Source: a virus. Taken from it: DNA of 64,000 bases. Numbering within the stretch: the stretch's first letter is position 1; each line of letters starts with the position of its first letter. Under the pieces are notes generated by a model. That model searched no databases. It was not told the origin of the DNA and saw only the letters and a program-made list of their open reading frames with translations. The stretch spans positions 25,553 to 89,552 of IMG/VR virus record IMGVR_UViG_3300027902_000155; one strand, given 5' to 3'. Positions 36,701 to 45,906 of the stretch are shown one piece after another. Position numbers and translations under genes: made by a program.

Positions 36701-39700
36701 ACCAGCAGGGCAACAACTATCCGACGGTCACCCTCCAGTACAAGAAGAACCGGCGCTACACGATGCGCGACATCGGAGCCCTCGACGACCGCCTGTCTCG
36801 CGTCGAGTACTGGACCGCCCTCAACGTCCTCGAGCAGTCTGCCAAGGACCTGCTCATCCCGAACGCATCGGGCGTCAACCGGTTCCAGAACGGCATCCTC
36901 GCAGACCCGTTCGTCGACAACAGCATCGGCAACGTCCTAGACACGCAGTACAACATCGCGATCGACAAGGCGGTGTCTGAGATACGACCGGTGTTCACTC
37001 AGACGCCGATCCAACTCAAGTACAACAGCGGTGCGTCTACAAACACGCAGGTATCTTCGAACGGTCGACTGATCCTACTCAAGAACGAGAAGGTCGCGGC
37101 GCCGTACCTGTTCCAGCAGTTCGCGACCCAGGTCAGGAACCCGTCTCAGGACGTCGCGTACCGCTGGGCCGGTCACCTCGACCTGACTCCCGACGGCGAC
37201 TACCAGCCAGACGTCACGGTAAATCCGGCGACGATCGTTCCGATGGACCTCAAGATCGAGGGACTCGGCGCGGTCGGATCGGTGTGGCAGACGTTCTGGG
37301 GCGACTGGCAGGAGACCTCTCGGTCTTCGTCTGACTCCTCTGCGGTAGTAAACGAGGGCGGCTGGTGGGGCGACTGGTCTAAGGCCGGCAACGTCGTCTA
37401 CGGACTCACCCCGACGGTAGAGACGACGACCACGACCGCGATCAACCAGATCAGGTCCGGCGTACAAGAGATCGTAGGAGAGAAGACCAACCTCTACAAC
37501 CTCGGCTCTTACGTCACCGACGTCAGTCTTCAGCCGTACATCCGTCCACAGATGGTATTCTTTGCGGCTCACGGCCTCAAGCCGAACACGCAGCACTGGC
37601 CGTTCATGGACGACGTCCCGATCAGCAACTACTGCTCTAAGGCGGCAGAGGACAAGACGCTCATCCTGACGCCGACCCTGGTCAGTAACGGACTCGGCAG
37701 CATATACGGATGGTACGCGATACCGTCTACCGTCTTCCACGCCGGCGAGAGGGTGTTCAAGCTGTGCGACGTCGACAACCTGGTAACTAAGTCTACCGAC
37801 ATCCTGTCGAACGCGTCAGCCACGTTCTACGGCACGAACCTGGCCTACGCCAAGAACAACATCGAGCTACAGACGACGACCAGCACCCTCTATGCGAAGG
37901 CGGTACAACAGACTCAGACGATCTATACCTCGACGAGCTCGACCTCGGGCGGCTCGCTCGTGTCGGACGTCGTCAACTGTGACTGCTACACCTCTCCGTG
38001 CGCCCAGAGCTTCAGGCTGCCTCAGGAGATACTGTACGGGGAAGACATCCCGGTCATCTACGTCACCGCCATCGACCTCTTCTTCGAGAAGAAGGATCCT
38101 ACCCTCGGCATCCAGATCATGGTACGAGAGATGGAGAACGGCTACCCGACCACGCGCATCGTGCCGTTCGGCTCAGTGCACCTGAAGAGCGCAGACGTCA
38201 ACGTCTCAGAGGATGCGACCCTCGCGACGACCGTCACGTTCCCGGCGCCGCTGATGCTCGAGACAGGCAAGGAGTACTGCGTCGTCGCTCGCGCCGACGG
38301 GTTCAATCCCAACTACGCGCTCTGGACCGCGGCGCTCGGGGGCAGTCCGGACGTCACGACCGGCAGCCCGCTGTTCCACAACAGCTTCGCCGGCAACTTC
38401 TTCACCTCGTCGAACGACACCGGATGGACGGCGTACCAGCAAGAAGACATGAAGATGTCGGTGTATCGCTTGACGTTTACGGAACTCACGGGCACCGCAG
38501 TCCTCAACAACGACGACTCGGAGTACCTGAAGGTCGTCGACACCCTCGGCGAGTTCAAGATCGGCGAGACCGTATACTTCTCGAACAACGAGATCCAGAC
38601 GGGCGGCGTCACTGCTGCAACCGGTAACAACATCGTCTTCGTAACGAGCACGACGGGCATCTCTAACCAGGACGCTGTCTACCTCTTCTCGAACACGAAC
38701 GCACAGGCGTTCGTCGCCCTAGTCGCGAATACTCCTGCCAATACTACGGCACTGCTGCTGAATACTGCGCCCACGTTCACCGATGCGGACTGCTCCATCG
38801 GCAGACTGCGCAACCAGTCTCTCCTCAACGGCGTGCTGCTCGCGAACGCTCAGACCGAGGGCTTCAGCAACGTCGCTGCAGCTACTGTGGCCTACGGCGG
38901 CACCGGCTACGCGCCCGGAGACGTCGTCACGGTAGTCGGCGGAGACGGAACCGCGGCTACCCTCAACGTCCTAACGGAGTCGGGAAACGTCGCCCTTACC
39001 CTGTCGGTCAACACTGCGGGCAACTACTCTCAGATATATCCGGCGAACCTGTCGACTACCTACGTAACCGGCACGGGTACCGGCCTGCGCGTCGACGTCT
39101 CGTTGAACCGTCCCGACACGGCTCTGATGACCGTGGGCAACTCTACGGCCACCGGTACCTGGCACGCCACCTCGGGCACTCGCGTCATCGGTAGTCAGAG
39201 CAACGCGACTGCGGTGATCGTCCAGGTAGCAGACGTCCCGTACAACACGGTGATGCCGAAGCTGGCGATCAGCACCCCGAACGACACCGGTATCCAGTGG
39301 TGGATGAAGGGCACCGCTAACTCGGCCCTCTCGTACTCCGGCGACTCTGCGAACGTAGCCTTCACCTTCGCGCAGCAGCTAGAGCTCCGCGACCACGAGC
39401 GCGTCGTGATGAGCAGGTCTAACGAGCTCGTCTCGCTCGGCGGCGCTAAGTCACTGACCGTCTATGCAGACATGGTCTCGGAGTCTGAGAAGCTCTCGCC
39501 GGCCATCGACACGATCAAGGTGGGCATGCTCGGCATCCATAACCGGATCAACGCCGAGGACTCCGCCGGCCGAGTAGTCTTGTCCGAGAAGTTCAACGAC
39601 GGCTTCGCGATCGACCGCTACATCTCTCGCGCCGTAGTACTCGCCGACGGTCAAGATGCAGAGGACCTCAAGGTCTTAATTGCGGCGTACAAGCCCGGCG

Positions 39701-40053
39701 GTACAGACATCCTAGTCTTTGCTCGTCTGATGAACGGAGTCGACGGTGACTCCTTCCGTAGCAAGGCATGGACGCAGATGACTACGTCTACGACGATAGT
39801 CGGCAGCAGGGACAACCCGAACGACTTCAACGAGTACGAGTACCACCTGCCGACTGGCACGTCAGACCCCGGCGACACGACTGCATGGTTGAACGACGGC
39901 AACAGCGGCATCGTGCGCTACACCAGCGCGACAGGTCAGATCTACGACACCTACAAGACGCTCGCGGTCAAGATCGTGTTCCTCGCAAACGACTCTGCGG
40001 TGGTGCCGCGAGCACAGGACATGCGCGCGATAGCGCTGGCGGCGTCCGGTTAA
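33793..40053 (+). CDS. very large virion structural protein (VrlC/DUF4815-like)
   Basis: PYGDDF....FYRVLFRP...VQARELTQ.QTILQDQIEKFG, APGAHRL, NRRYTMRDIG.L..R, AQSF, IDLFF. Confidence 0.85.
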   Translation: MSLDIDLSRSPYGDDFAANNNFYRVLFRPEIPVQARELTQGQTILQDQIEKFGRYTFKEGSPVTDLTKTYEPTVHYVKITDSLTLANGSVVAVTTSDFVGKTVEASNGLKAIVAGAAAGFLATSPDLNTIYIDYLGSASDYTTNKFDPDQTLTVKTELGATIGTIKTANNAVSGSSSYLGVGYKMSIAGKDAVVFSKGFFISVANQSVMVTKYDNYPDGVSVGFETTEEIVTPEEDSSLLDNAAGYPNYAAPGAHRLRLIPNLVVRNTNETSNTTPFLSLTDFVEGHPSISPTDPVLNLLGDAQAQTLYNTEGDFVVSPWNVRLITRYTDFPTNSTIDTANLRLEIDPGLGYVKGYKVQTVGQLPGHIGGADAVRKGNDVRTLAAQVATATMGSYLYCNQVAGHWDFTSSANVSLRSATATAISSASAIGNDVSGLSAPGSELGTAELIGFEYDSGTPGDTAAEYRIYLFNVQMATGKNFADVRSLYTISGGVKGFADVALTSGSCVLQDQKLSTLIYPMATGAMKTLLTETPPTTMLDYRKASTLTVATNGIGTLSFTTAGPGGSASDEFPYGLGQLSTVNEREFVIVSDNTRQTANLVARVDATVAEYNLAFHAGQSNNFSSLFIPGDRVSVGNSAPGETRLVVYANSSFLNVSSAWSSSYSNAAIYKTYTAGQSIPTSLDSTQTITIDSTTSATINLAHTFTATVPITVYHDVRRTQAKPAKKLLYTSVFVKIDCSSNAGGVAGPWCLGVPDLYRVKHVYVGASYADTNQDLIDQFTWDTGQRDAFYGLSSLVSAGFVGTTSTKILVEAECFVPDVSQGIGFYTVDSYPIDDTGVTANTILTQNIPFYTSIQEATNYNLRNCIDLRLHTANTAALINVISSATINPANTTTFAGVPSNLFVPAPDSSFESDIEYYLGRRDIVGLTPKGTVIHIEGTPSENPAPPVDISAGITLATVNVPPYPTLGVDQQGNNYPTVTLQYKKNRRYTMRDIGALDDRLSRVEYWTALNVLEQSAKDLLIPNASGVNRFQNGILADPFVDNSIGNVLDTQYNIAIDKAVSEIRPVFTQTPIQLKYNSGASTNTQVSSNGRLILLKNEKVAAPYLFQQFATQVRNPSQDVAYRWAGHLDLTPDGDYQPDVTVNPATIVPMDLKIEGLGAVGSVWQTFWGDWQETSRSSSDSSAVVNEGGWWGDWSKAGNVVYGLTPTVETTTTTAINQIRSGVQEIVGEKTNLYNLGSYVTDVSLQPYIRPQMVFFAAHGLKPNTQHWPFMDDVPISNYCSKAAEDKTLILTPTLVSNGLGSIYGWYAIPSTVFHAGERVFKLCDVDNLVTKSTDILSNASATFYGTNLAYAKNNIELQTTTSTLYAKAVQQTQTIYTSTSSTSGGSLVSDVVNCDCYTSPCAQSFRLPQEILYGEDIPVIYVTAIDLFFEKKDPTLGIQIMVREMENGYPTTRIVPFGSVHLKSADVNVSEDATLATTVTFPAPLMLETGKEYCVVARADGFNPNYALWTAALGGSPDVTTGSPLFHNSFAGNFFTSSNDTGWTAYQQEDMKMSVYRLTFTELTGTAVLNNDDSEYLKVVDTLGEFKIGETVYFSNNEIQTGGVTAATGNNIVFVTSTTGISNQDAVYLFSNTNAQAFVALVANTPANTTALLLNTAPTFTDADCSIGRLRNQSLLNGVLLANAQTEGFSNVAAATVAYGGTGYAPGDVVTVVGGDGTAATLNVLTESGNVALTLSVNTAGNYSQIYPANLSTTYVTGTGTGLRVDVSLNRPDTALMTVGNSTATGTWHATSGTRVIGSQSNATAVIVQVADVPYNTVMPKLAISTPNDTGIQWWMKGTANSALSYSGDSANVAFTFAQQLELRDHERVVMSRSNELVSLGGAKSLTVYADMVSESEKLSPAIDTIKVGMLGIHNRINAEDSAGRVVLSEKFNDGFAIDRYISRAVVLADGQDAEDLKVLIAAYKPGGTDILVFARLMNGVDGDSFRSKAWTQMTTSTTIVGSRDNPNDFNEYEYHLPTGTSDPGDTTAWLNDGNSGIVRYTSATGQIYDTYKTLAVKIVFLANDSAVVPRAQDMRAIALAASG

Positions 40054-40059
40054 TGACTC

Positions 40060-40266
40060 ATGAGAGTAAAGGTCAAGAGTGATCCGAGTCTCGTTCGGGA
40101 CACAAGCAGCAAGGCCATTCTGAATGTAAATAATAGAGCGCTGGAGGAGTATCGCGCTGCCCGCGAGGCGCGAATCCGCGAGAAGGCGGAGCACGAGAAA
40201 CTCAAACAGGACGTCGACGACATCAAGAGCATGCTCCAGGAACTGCTAGCAAGTAGGACCAAGTGA
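40060..40266 (+). CDS. small coiled-coil conserved phage protein
   Basis: LVRDTSSKAILN...LKQDVDDIKSMLQELL, typical follower of VrlC-like genes. Confidence 0.75.
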   Translation: MRVKVKSDPSLVRDTSSKAILNVNNRALEEYRAAREARIREKAEHEKLKQDVDDIKSMLQELLASRTK

Positions 40267-41651
40267 AGTTTAAGATCCACGCGGCACGGCGTCGCAACGG
40301 CGCCGATGAGACTACCGTATTCCAGTACGACAACATGACCTCTGAGCTGCTCGACGCTCGCGGCGAGAGGATATTCGACGTCAGACGCACGGAGGCGCTC
40401 AAGGACTGGACGTTCGAGGACGCGCCGATCACCTCGCCCGGCGACCCGCTCGGCAAGAGCGAGACGCTCATCCGCGACCTGAAGATACAGCTCGGACTCT
40501 CCTGCAACTACTCGTGCGACTACTGCTCGCAGCGCTTCGTCCCGCACGCGGACAACGGCACGCCAGAGCAGGTAGAAAAGTTCATGCGGAACCTCGATTC
40601 GTGGCTGAAGAACGTGCCGGAGAAGATCGAGTTCTGGGGCGGCGAGCCGTTCGTCTACTGGAAGACGCTGAGGCCGCTCGCCGAGGCGCTGCGCGCTAAG
40701 TTTCCGACGACCGAGTTCGTCACGATAACTAACGGCTCCCTGCTCAGTCCAGAGATCAACGACTGGCTGGTCGCGCTCGACTTCCGAGTCGGCATCTCTC
40801 ACGACGGACCCGGACAGCCGGTACGCGGCCCAGACCCCCTCGCAGATCCGAAGCAGCGCGAGCACATCCTTGATCTGTGGGAGCGCCTGTACCCGCTCGG
40901 ACACATCAGCTTCAACAGCATGGTGCACCGAGAGAACATGGACCGCGCCGCTATCCAGAAGTACTTCGAGGACCTGCTCGGCGTCGAGAAGTTCAAGCTC
41001 GGAGAGGGCGGATTTATCGACACGTACGACGAGGGCGGGATGCAGAACACCGTCGGCAGCGCCGCCGAGCACCTCGGCTTCCGTCGACTGACCCTCGAAC
41101 AGACGCGGGCCCGCGCCAACCTGAAGCTCGACGCGGTCTCAAAGCGCATCGAGGAGTGGATGAACTCCATCTCGGTCATGCGCCCCGCGAGCGCCCTCGG
41201 ACAGAAGTGCGGCATGGACAGACTCGACACGATGGCGGTAGACCTCAGGGGCAACGTCCTGACGTGTCAGAACGTGTCTGCCGTGAGCGTCGCTCCGAAC
41301 GGACGGTCGCACCTCATCGGTCACGTCTCTCGGATGAAGGACGTCAAACTGAGGACCTCGACTCACTGGTCGAAGCGTAAGAACTGCTCGGACTGTCCTA
41401 TCCTCCAGGCGTGCAAGGGAAGTTGCATGTTTCTCGAGGACGAGTACTGGGACAAGTCGTGCAACAGCGCCTACTCAGACCACGTTCCGTTCTTTGCCGT
41501 CGCGATCGAGAGGATGACCGGGTTCCTTCCGTTCTACATCGAGTCAGAGGGATACCTGCCCGAGGACAGAAAGAATATCTGGGGCACGCCGCAGGCAGAG
41601 GCGGTCGTGCCGCCGGCGAGACAGCCAGAGAAAGAATCGGCGGCCGCATGA
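40263..41651 (+). CDS. radical SAM/SPASM domain protein
   Basis: CNYSCDYC, FWGGEP, ITNGS, ISHDG; SPASM cysteines KCGM..TCQN..CSDCPILQACKGSC..SC. Confidence 0.92.
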   Translation: MKFKIHAARRRNGADETTVFQYDNMTSELLDARGERIFDVRRTEALKDWTFEDAPITSPGDPLGKSETLIRDLKIQLGLSCNYSCDYCSQRFVPHADNGTPEQVEKFMRNLDSWLKNVPEKIEFWGGEPFVYWKTLRPLAEALRAKFPTTEFVTITNGSLLSPEINDWLVALDFRVGISHDGPGQPVRGPDPLADPKQREHILDLWERLYPLGHISFNSMVHRENMDRAAIQKYFEDLLGVEKFKLGEGGFIDTYDEGGMQNTVGSAAEHLGFRRLTLEQTRARANLKLDAVSKRIEEWMNSISVMRPASALGQKCGMDRLDTMAVDLRGNVLTCQNVSAVSVAPNGRSHLIGHVSRMKDVKLRTSTHWSKRKNCSDCPILQACKGSCMFLEDEYWDKSCNSAYSDHVPFFAVAIERMTGFLPFYIESEGYLPEDRKNIWGTPQAEAVVPPARQPEKESAAA

Positions 41652-42433
41652 GCTATACGGTATCAGCGAGGAACAAGGAACCCGACCAGCGCATCGACGC
41701 CTTCTTGCAAGAGACGTACCCCGAGATAGTCGGCGACATCGACAGCGTCTTCGGATTCACCCAGCAAGCGACAAAGCTGTACGGGGGCAGGAACTTCTAC
41801 ATGAACCAGTGGGCGACAAGGCGGCGGATGCCGGACCTCACGCCCCGAGACGTCGACGAGCTGTACGAGAGCAACGTCGGTCTGCGCCTGCCCCTGACCA
41901 ACCTCTATACGCCCCGTTCCGAGTACGAGGAGTCTAAGGGGTTCCTAGAGCAGCACTGTCGACTGGGCAACACCGTGATCGTCTACAGCGACCACCTAGC
42001 AGAGTGGATCAAGGAAGACTTTCCGAGGTACCACGTCGAGGCGAGCGTCATCAAGGAGCTCAACACCCTCGACAAGATCGAGAGGGCCCTGGAACTGTAC
42101 GACTCTGTCGTGCCCGCCTTCGAGCTCCACGAAGACTACGAGATGCTCGACTGCATCAGGGACAAAGACAGGATCAGACTGTTCGCGAACGTGTCGTGCG
42201 AGCGGACGTGCCCCGCCAGGATCTGCTACGCCTTCTTCTCGAAGGTCAACAAGAATCCTCGAGACGTAAGCTCGCTCGGGCCCTCCTGTAGCAGGGAGGT
42301 GGAGAGACTCGCCGCGATGCGAACGCCGTCCGGCGGCATCCATAAATATGACGTAGAGCGCTACAAGAGGATGGGGTTCACCAAGTTCAAGATGCTCAGG
42401 TCCAAGAAGAACAACCCGGGGCAAGCCCACTAG
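41648..42433 (+). CDS. peptidase U32-like (putative Fe-S) protein
   Basis: ATGA-coupled; VIVYSDHLAEWIKEDFP...EASV and LFANVSCERTCPARICY pattern. Confidence 0.55.
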   Translation: MSYTVSARNKEPDQRIDAFLQETYPEIVGDIDSVFGFTQQATKLYGGRNFYMNQWATRRRMPDLTPRDVDELYESNVGLRLPLTNLYTPRSEYEESKGFLEQHCRLGNTVIVYSDHLAEWIKEDFPRYHVEASVIKELNTLDKIERALELYDSVVPAFELHEDYEMLDCIRDKDRIRLFANVSCERTCPARICYAFFSKVNKNPRDVSSLGPSCSREVERLAAMRTPSGGIHKYDVERYKRMGFTKFKMLRSKKNNPGQAH

Positions 42434-42441
42434 CATAAATA
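42434..42441 (+). promoter_or_regulatory. T4-type late promoter
   Basis: CATAAATA immediately after stop codon. Confidence 0.7.
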
Positions 42442-42460
42442 AACGGCACGGAAGGGTCTG

Positions 42461-43669
42461 ATGTCATCAATTAAAGTCTCAAGAGTTGCAAACAGTCAGT
42501 ACTTTGGGACGCTCCTTACGCGCCTGAACCAGATCGCCGACTACATCTCCGGCCAGCTCGTCACGATCGACACGAGCGCCGGCGGCTCGATCAGTACCGG
42601 CAACGTCGCAGTCAACGGTCACTTTACCGCGAACGCGATGGCCACGCCCTCCCTGAGGGGCGGAAACAACACGGTCAGCGCTCCCCTAGTCATCAGTTCG
42701 AACGTGGTGATCGAGGACTACTACGGGGTCAACACCGTCTCGTTTACTACGAACGGCGCGTCGTCGCACCTAGCAGTGAACGCCAGCGTCTCGTTCAGCA
42801 ACACTGTTACGGTCGGCAACGACTCTGTTAACGTGTACACTAACTCGACCGCGTTCACCGGCACGTCGAACAACTCCCTGTACCTCGGCGGCACCGCGGC
42901 AGCGGGATACCAGACCACCGCTGGACTGTCGTCGAACGTCTCGCACCTGACTGCTAACAACGCGACCCACGTCTTCGGTGCTACCGAGGGCAACTTTGCG
43001 GCGAACAACGCTGCGTACCTCGGCGGAGTCGTCGCCTCTGGCTACCAGACGACGGCCGGGCTAGCAGCGAACGTCGCGACTATGAGCGCCAACAATGCTG
43101 CGTACCTCGGTGGCACTGCGGCCGCGGGCTACCAGACGACGGCCGGGCTAGCAGCTAACGTCGCTACCATGAGCGCCAACAACGCTGGGTACCTTGGCGG
43201 CGTAGCTGCTGCGAACTACATCTTGAATACCGGGGGCGTCGTCGCGGGCAACCTGTCGTTCACCGGACTACTGACGATGCAGCAGGTGATCAGCGCCGGC
43301 AGCAAGGTCTCAGCAACTGCAGCCAGCGGCACCGTCGACTTCGATACGCTGGATGGATCTGCCATCTACTACACGACTAACGCCGCCGGCAACTGGATCT
43401 TGAACGTCAGGGGCAACAACAGTACCTCCCTAGACACGATGATGTCGGCGAACCAGTCTATCTCGATCGTCACCGCGATCTCTCAGGGTGCGACCCCGTA
43501 CTACAACAACTCGTTCAAGATCGACGGCAGCACGGTAACGCCGAAGTGGCAGGGCGGCACCCCGATCACCGGCAGCGCGAACGGCGTGGACGTCTACTCC
43601 TACACCATCTTCAAGACAGGGAGTGCTGCATTCCAAGTGCTGGCGCTGCAGACTCAATTTAAGGTCTAA
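42461..43669 (+). CDS. fibre/structural protein with internal repeats
   Basis: repeats of NNAAYLGGxAAxGYQTTAGLAANVATMSA; C-terminal PKWQGG..TGSANGVDVYSYTIFKT domain. Confidence 0.75.
   Translation: MSSIKVSRVANSQYFGTLLTRLNQIADYISGQLVTIDTSAGGSISTGNVAVNGHFTANAMATPSLRGGNNTVSAPLVISSNVVIEDYYGVNTVSFTTNGASSHLAVNASVSFSNTVTVGNDSVNVYTNSTAFTGTSNNSLYLGGTAAAGYQTTAGLSSNVSHLTANNATHVFGATEGNFAANNAAYLGGVVASGYQTTAGLAANVATMSANNAAYLGGTAAAGYQTTAGLAANVATMSANNAGYLGGVAAANYILNTGGVVAGNLSFTGLLTMQQVISAGSKVSATAASGTVDFDTLDGSAIYYTTNAAGNWILNVRGNNSTSLDTMMSANQSISIVTAISQGATPYYNNSFKIDGSTVTPKWQGGTPITGSANGVDVYSYTIFKTGSAAFQVLALQTQFKV
42870..43215 (+). repeat. 87-bp (29-aa) tandem repeat units
   Basis: three to four copies of YLGG(T/V)AAxGYQTTAGL, two nearly identical at DNA level. 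Confidence 0.8.
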
Positions 43670-45252
43670 TGAAAAAGCACAACCAACTCCTGCTGTCGTC
43701 GCTGCTCGGAGCCACAGCGCTGGCTACCTCGACGAGCGCTGACGTTCCCCAGACAGAGATCGTCAGGCGCAACGGTGACTTCGTAGAGCTCACCGGTACT
43801 GCAGAAGCGAGGCGGTGGTGGATAGACCGCGAGAGGCTGAGGGGCGGTTTCATCGAGGCCGCGGTTCCCGGACTCGGCTACTACCTGTTCATGAGTAAGA
43901 AGCGCACGACGGTCTCTTGCGTCCTCTTGATCACCGCGACCGGTACTTCGAAGTTCGCAGTTCCCGCTAACTGGAACAACGCCGACAACCGAATAGAGTG
44001 CTACGGCAGCGGAGGCAGCGGAAGCAGCATCTCCTGGTTCGGAGGGTACTACGGCGGCGGCGGAGGCGGCGGAGGTGCCTACGCGTTTGCGACGAACGTC
44101 ACCCTGACTCCTCTCACCACCGTCGACGTGTGCGCGGCAGCCTACGGCGCGCCTGCCGGACTTGGCATCAACTCGTGGTTCAAGAACAACGCAGGCACTA
44201 CCATAGTTGAGGCCGGGGGAGGCAAGACGCCCGCGAATACTGTATATGGCGGTGGCCAGAGCGGTGGGGCGGGGGGCGTAGTAGTCACGGGCTCTGGCTA
44301 CTCAGGCGGCAACGGCGGTTCTGTTTATATGCCTGACGAGGGCAGCCCTGCTGGACAAGCTCAGGGCGGAGGCGGCGGGTGCGGAGGACCGAACGGGGCG
44401 GGTGCCAGCGGATACTGGCCGTACTACTATAGCGGTAGCGGTCTCGGCGGCGGAGGATATGCCGGTAACGGTTCCCCGTACGTCGACGTGCAGGGACACA
44501 ACTACGGCGGAGGTGGAGCGGGACAGAGCGCTGGAGACGGCGAGAATCCTGACGGTGGACCGACATACGGCGCACAGGGCCTAGTCGTCATCTCTTATAA
44601 CGGAACCGTATCGACGTCGACTCAGGCATTTACCAGCGGCTCGACGTTCTACGTACCGATGAACTGGAACAATGCGATCAACTTGGTCGAGGGCATCGGT
44701 GCAGGAGCTAACGGTGTTGCGAGTGTTCCGTGGCAGCATATGGGCGGCCCCGGCAGTGGCGGAGGAGCTTATGCTGCTCAGACTAATGTCGCCCTAACTC
44801 CGGGCACAGCAGTAACATATCAGATCGGCGCGCCGAGTGGTCCTGGTACTAGTACTCCTACTTGGTTAAAAAATAACAGCGGAACTATAGTGATGCAAGC
44901 TGCTGCTGGACTTTACGGTTCATGGGGAGGGCAGGTCGCTGATTGCATTGGTTCGCTCAAGGTCGCTGGTGGCGGGCCTACTGCCGGTCACGTCGATGAT
45001 GGTGATACTGGATACGGCGGCGACGGCGGAACTGCAGCTGGTCCTGGCGGCGTCGGCAGTGGAACGCTGACGGGTGGCTATAACCCGGGAACTGGAGGAG
45101 GTGGAGGCGGATATCCGGATGGTTCAGGTTCACCGGGTAATCTTTACGGTGGTGGCGGTGGCGGTGGCGGTGCAGATCCCTATGGTGATATCGGATATCC
45201 TGGCGCTGGCCGGCAAGGAATACTGGTCATCTCTTACACACCCGCTGGGTGA
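43669..45252 (+). CDS. glycine-rich virion protein with two paralogous domains
   Basis: VPANWNNADNRIECYGSGG / VPMNWNNAINLVEGIGAG and QGLVVISY / QGILVISY. Confidence 0.75.
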   Translation: MKKHNQLLLSSLLGATALATSTSADVPQTEIVRRNGDFVELTGTAEARRWWIDRERLRGGFIEAAVPGLGYYLFMSKKRTTVSCVLLITATGTSKFAVPANWNNADNRIECYGSGGSGSSISWFGGYYGGGGGGGGAYAFATNVTLTPLTTVDVCAAAYGAPAGLGINSWFKNNAGTTIVEAGGGKTPANTVYGGGQSGGAGGVVVTGSGYSGGNGGSVYMPDEGSPAGQAQGGGGGCGGPNGAGASGYWPYYYSGSGLGGGGYAGNGSPYVDVQGHNYGGGGAGQSAGDGENPDGGPTYGAQGLVVISYNGTVSTSTQAFTSGSTFYVPMNWNNAINLVEGIGAGANGVASVPWQHMGGPGSGGGAYAAQTNVALTPGTAVTYQIGAPSGPGTSTPTWLKNNSGTIVMQAAAGLYGSWGGQVADCIGSLKVAGGGPTAGHVDDGDTGYGGDGGTAAGPGGVGSGTLTGGYNPGTGGGGGGYPDGSGSPGNLYGGGGGGGGADPYGDIGYPGAGRQGILVISYTPAG

Positions 45253-45260
45253 CATAAATA
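45253..45260 (+). promoter_or_regulatory. T4-type late promoter
   Basis: CATAAATA 4 nt before ATG 45265. Confidence 0.7.
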
Positions 45261-45264
45261 GAGC

Positions 45265-45384
45265 ATGAAGATACTCATCCTCGTAGTTCTCGCACTAGCA
45301 CTGACCTCCTGTGGCACGATGAATCCCAGCTGTCAGCCGTCTTGCTTCTCTCCGCTCAGGCTTCCAATCGGGATCGAGACATAG
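45265..45384 (+). CDS. small lipoprotein (39 aa, not in ORF track)
   Basis: MKILILVVLALALTSC signal with LTSC lipobox; two further Cys. Confidence 0.65.
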   Translation: MKILILVVLALALTSCGTMNPSCQPSCFSPLRLPIGIET

Positions 45385-45402
45385 ACACTCAAGGAGGGCG
45401 GC

Positions 45403-45906
45403 GTGACCAACAACATCTACCTCCTACTCGGCGGATTCGTAGGACCAGACGGCCCGCTTACTTCAGCAGGAATGTACCAGCTCGCCGGAATGCTCGAAAA
45501 GATTCCTGGAGCCGTCGTCAAGACCTACGTCTGGTCGGCGTTTGAAGAGGCCGCGAGAGACATCGGCGCACAGCCAAAAGACCACCTGATAACCGTCGTC
45601 GGATACTCCGGGGGCGGATCGCGCGCGACGTGGCTAGCCAACCTGCCCGCCAGGCCCAGGATCGATCTGATGGTGCTGTACGATCCGAGTCCGACCTGGC
45701 AGATGAAGTCTGTCGGAGAGAACGTAAAGAGGGCTATCTCGTACCACAATACCGCCCCGTACTTCCTAGGACTGGGCGGAGGAGTGCTCAAGGGACCGCA
45801 CGTCACGCAGATAGACATAGCAGAGAACCACATGGTCGTCCAGGCAGACCAGGGACTACACGCCCGAACAGTCGCCGAGGTAAAGAAACTCATGGGTGCA
45901 AAATGA
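45403..45906 (+). CDS. small alpha/beta-hydrolase-fold protein
   Basis: AAGGAGG RBS; VVGYSGGG nucleophile elbow, LYDP, ENH. Confidence 0.7.
   Translation: MTNNIYLLLGGFVGPDGPLTSAGMYQLAGMLEKIPGAVVKTYVWSAFEEAARDIGAQPKDHLITVVGYSGGGSRATWLANLPARPRIDLMVLYDPSPTWQMKSVGENVKRAISYHNTAPYFLGLGGGVLKGPHVTQIDIAENHMVVQADQGLHARTVAEVKKLMGAK

Noticed and set aside
45265-45906. Amber readthrough or genetic-code reassignment fusing lipoprotein and hydrolase (same frame)
   Set aside because: The hydrolase has its own AAGGAGG RBS, and TAG ends many conserved genes here (gp7, gp8), so the code is standard.
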